Assembly: GCF_009834535.1 (NCBI RefSeq)
Contig: NC_045722.1
Span: forward strand, 744,001-808,000
Origin: Camelus ferus
Taxonomy: Eukaryota
Direction of reading: 5' to 3'
Length of the DNA stretch: 64,000 nucleotides
The notes beneath the pieces were generated by a model that saw only the letters and a list, made by a program, of their open reading frames with translations, searched no databases and was not told the origin of the DNA. The translations under genes were made by a program, and so were the position numbers. Shown here piece after piece: positions 60,561-64,000 of the stretch; within the stretch, counting starts at the first letter, position 1, and each line of letters begins with the position of its first letter.

Positions 60561-63500
60561 AGGCCCCAGGACCGTGCGACACTTCAGGTCACCTCTCAGT
60601 TAAATCAGGGGCTGCAGTCAGGCTGGACGGCCCCTCAAGGGACCCCCTCGCCCCAGCTAGCTCCCAGTCTGTGGGTGCTGGAAGGACCCACTGATGATCT
60701 GATTGGGCTCCGTGCCCAAGTGACAGGTGACGGATGGTGAACGTTCTGCACCATGTGGCCAGCGCCCTGCTCCGAAGTGGACTTTGGAGCCAGGAGGTAA
60801 TTTCAAGAAAGGCGTAGGGGAGCTCGGTAACGCTTCCCCCGCTGCTCAGTCGGTGGAGAGCACTGTAGGGAGCTGGGGTTTTAAAGGGCCCCTTAATCAT
60901 TGTCTGCCTGGCTGGCAGCGTGCGGGAGCGTGGCAGGGACAACCGCGCCTTCCCATTGACGAGGCAGCTAAGGCTCTGGGGCACCCAGCACCCCTTCTCC
61001 CGTTAAACAGCAGAGGAGGGCCGTGGGCGTGGCCTTTGAGATGAATCACTTGAAGCTGAAGACTTGGAGGCTCGACATCTAGACAGAGAGGTGATTAGAG
61101 TCGATAAAATCATGATGGGAAAGGCTGTCCGATCCATCTGCTCCAGTGTGAGGCCCTCCCTGCAGTGGATGGACAGGCTTTAGGACAAAGTAGAAATTCT
61201 GCTTCACCCACCAGAGAGTTAATATTCGGAACCCACGGGCCACCACTTCCAGCCAGGTGCTTCCTCTGCCAAAGACTCACGCACAGAGTGTTTAGATTCA
61301 GGTGGATTCCTGAATAATTAAATCATGAGAAAGGAGGCTGTCTCGTGTGTTGGGGAGCCCGCTGCTATCCTGGGAAGGGGGTGGGGATGGGGGCAGGGAA
61401 CCTCCTTTCCCGCGCATTTCCAGCATGCCAGGCCTTCTGCTCCGTCCTGTCTCCTCTGCAGCCTCGGAGGAAGGCCTTGTTCTCTGGTGACAGAAGGTGG
61501 GACAGAAGCTCGGGGGAGTTCTCACGCTTTGTGGGAGATCACAGAACGGGAGGTGGGGGGGCTGGGATTTGAACCCTGGCGTCTCTGACTTCCAGGCCTT
61601 TGCTCCTTCCACTCTGGGAGGCATCTTTGAAACCACAGACTGCGAGAGGCTGCCCTGTGCCCTGTGGAGTGGGCTCAGGAGCACATTTCAGATGTGGCTC
61701 CCAGCCCCCTCCTCCCTCCCGCGGGGCTGACTCTCTGAGCCTCTGTGGTCCCCGACGCGGCTCCAGGTAGGACTTGACAGGAGGTGAGCCCTGAGGTGCT
61801 GACCGCCAGGCACACCGCAAGCTGGAAGGAAATCCCCCTTACCCTCCCCGCCTCTCCTGGCCCTCTTGCGCGTCTCACTGGTGACAAGGCTGTGAGTCAC
61901 CAGCACGTGCTGATCATCGCTTTCATTTGGCAGCTCCGCTGAGGCCGGGGCAGAGGGCGAAACTGAAGTGCTCACGCCTGAGTCTGCACCCGGAGGCTCC
62001 ATGCCGCGCACGTCCCACGTCCCGGCGCGCAGGCCCCCACCCCCTGCAGGGCCCAGACGGAGGCCCTGCGGCCCAGAGACCCGCCGCCCCGTGCGTGCTG
62101 CCCGCCGACCTCTGCTTCTGCCCAAGGGGGCTGTTCCTGAGTGATGTCTCCCAGTTCCCCATCTTGCTTCCCAGGGAACTTTGCTTCCGGTCTTAGTTTG
62201 GTTTCGGTTTTCTCCGAGGCTTCGGTGAGGAGCTGGTTCTAGAGAGCGTCAAAGTCCCTGGGTTGAAATGGTCACTGGGTTGTGTCAACAGGGGAGACGT
62301 GGGCCTGGGCCAGTCACCCCTCCTTTGAGGCCTTCCTGAACTAACACCGAGACAGCTGCTGCTTCCCTGGCCCAGATCCTTCCCCAGTTGAGGACTTTCC
62401 CAGGTCTGCCTCATTCGCTCCTGACTCTGCAGACGCTCAAATTGGGGAAGGCGCAGGGGCGGGGGCTGCCGCGGGGCCCAGGTGAGGAGCCCTCGACCAT
62501 TTTTAGCAGCAACCAGGCTGCGCTCAGTCAGAGGGAGGGTTTCTGCACACCCCTCCACCCCCCACCTCTAGGACACCTCAGGGTCTCCTCTCCCCTCCCC
62601 TCCCTTCCTTCCCAGACATTTACCAGATGTCTACCATGAGCCCGGCTGAGTCCCAGGGCCTGGGGACCAAGCGGCAAATAAGCCAGGCCCTGTTCAGTTG
62701 GAACGACACTCAGGTGAGGAACACATAAGGAGGGCAGCAGAGGCTTCCCGGGGAAGCGGGGCGCAGGCCTCCCTCTGGGAGCACGGCCGGGCGGGACTGA
62801 CTCCGCTGGGGGAGGCTGGCCTTTGCATTCAGTTGTGGAGTCTGACTAGGGCAGGGTAGCCCCGGTTTTCCAGGGAGAGGGGAGGCCTGAGCCAAGGCGA
62901 GAAGGGCACAAAAGATACAGCATGTTGGGGCCGTCTGGGTCCTGCCGTGTCCCAGGCCCTGGGTTGTCAGGGTTTCGTAGGTAGAGCCAGCCCTAAAGCG
63001 GAGAAAGGGCCCTGGTCTCTCAGACGGCACCGCCAGCCAGGGGGAGCTTAAAGGGCCCAGGCGCGGGCCCCTCCTCCTCTCGAGAGGTGGGAACAGAGGT
63101 GAGGCTGCAGACACCTGCTCTGGGGCCAGACTCCAGGTGCCAGGAGGCCCTCAGTGCAGGCATCTTGGGTGGAAATAGTCTGGCCAAGATTTCTCTAGGC
63201 CGGAGTGAGCACACGCACGCACACACACACACACCCGCCGGCTGGGCTCGCCTCACCGCTCACCCTCCGCCCCTTCCACCAGCAGATGCCCTTTCACACC
63301 AAACTGAGCGTCACCAGTCGCTGAAGCCAGAAAGATGGCGGGAAAGGGCACGAATCCCAGGGGCAGGGGCGGCACGTCCCCCGGACAGCAGGGGCGGGGC
63401 AAGGGAATGAATGGCAGCCCCCCGTCCTGGTGGCTCGCTGGGGGCCTCCTGCGCTGCCACCCACGCTCGGCGGCGACGCCTCCAGTTCAGAGCTGGAAGC

Positions 63501-64000
63501 CGAATCCGTGAGGACTGGTCTCCCCACACCCACCCTCACCGACCCCCTTCATTCCTCTTCTCCTCACTTTCTCACATTTGCACCTTCTTCGCGCTTCCTT
63601 TTGCCTCTGTTCTGTCTTCCCGCCCCTCTGCGGGTGGTGGGGGAGCCGGGATGGGCGGCCTGACCTTCAGGAGCAGCCTGGCGCCCACGGCTAAGCCAGG
63701 TTACGCTCCTGGTAGACAGGACCGGTTTCACCAGCCCCAGACAAGTGTGCTCGGTGACCAGGACAAAATGAGGTGAAGCAAGTCTGCCTCGCGGTGTCGT
63801 CTAAGCACAGGCGAAAACAGGGGCAGCACCACCCACCAAACACCCCCTCTCTTGGCCGAGACGAGTGGCCGCTACTTTTTTTACTTGAAGGACAGTCAGT
63901 TTATAGTGTCGTGACACCTCCTGGTGCGCAGCATCATGTTTCAGGCACACGCATGCAAACATACTCCTTCTCATGTTCTTCTCCATCACAGGCTACTCTT

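Overview
Mammalian genomic DNA, most likely a camelid: it carries two tRNA-Ala-derived vic-1-type SINEs and artiodactyl-type L1 3' UTRs. The window is syntenic with the human SPESP1-NOX5 locus. It holds the intact large coding exon of SPESP1 (4140-5158, +). Downstream are six exons of NOX5 (30511-38665, +) that are clearly dead: start codon lost, two in-frame stops, two frameshifted exons, 9- and 15-bp deletions, and eroded EF-hand ligands. No trace of the remaining NOX5 exons (last transmembrane helices, FAD- and NADPH-binding domains) is visible in the 25 kb of gap-free sequence that follows, so the gene looks like a 3'-truncated unitary pseudogene. An unexpected ~385-bp internal fragment of HNRNPUL1 mRNA lies in antisense at 14955-15339. 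Old repeats, both pseudogenes and part of SPESP1 show a strong AT-to-GC substitution skew, which suggests GC-biased gene conversion. The rest is L1, L2, MIR, MLT1 and DNA-transposon relics. All eight N runs lie inside L1 sequence and look like masking. Comparisons with human proteins and repeat consensi are from memory and need real alignments. NOX5 exon numbers are approximate and follow the human gene.
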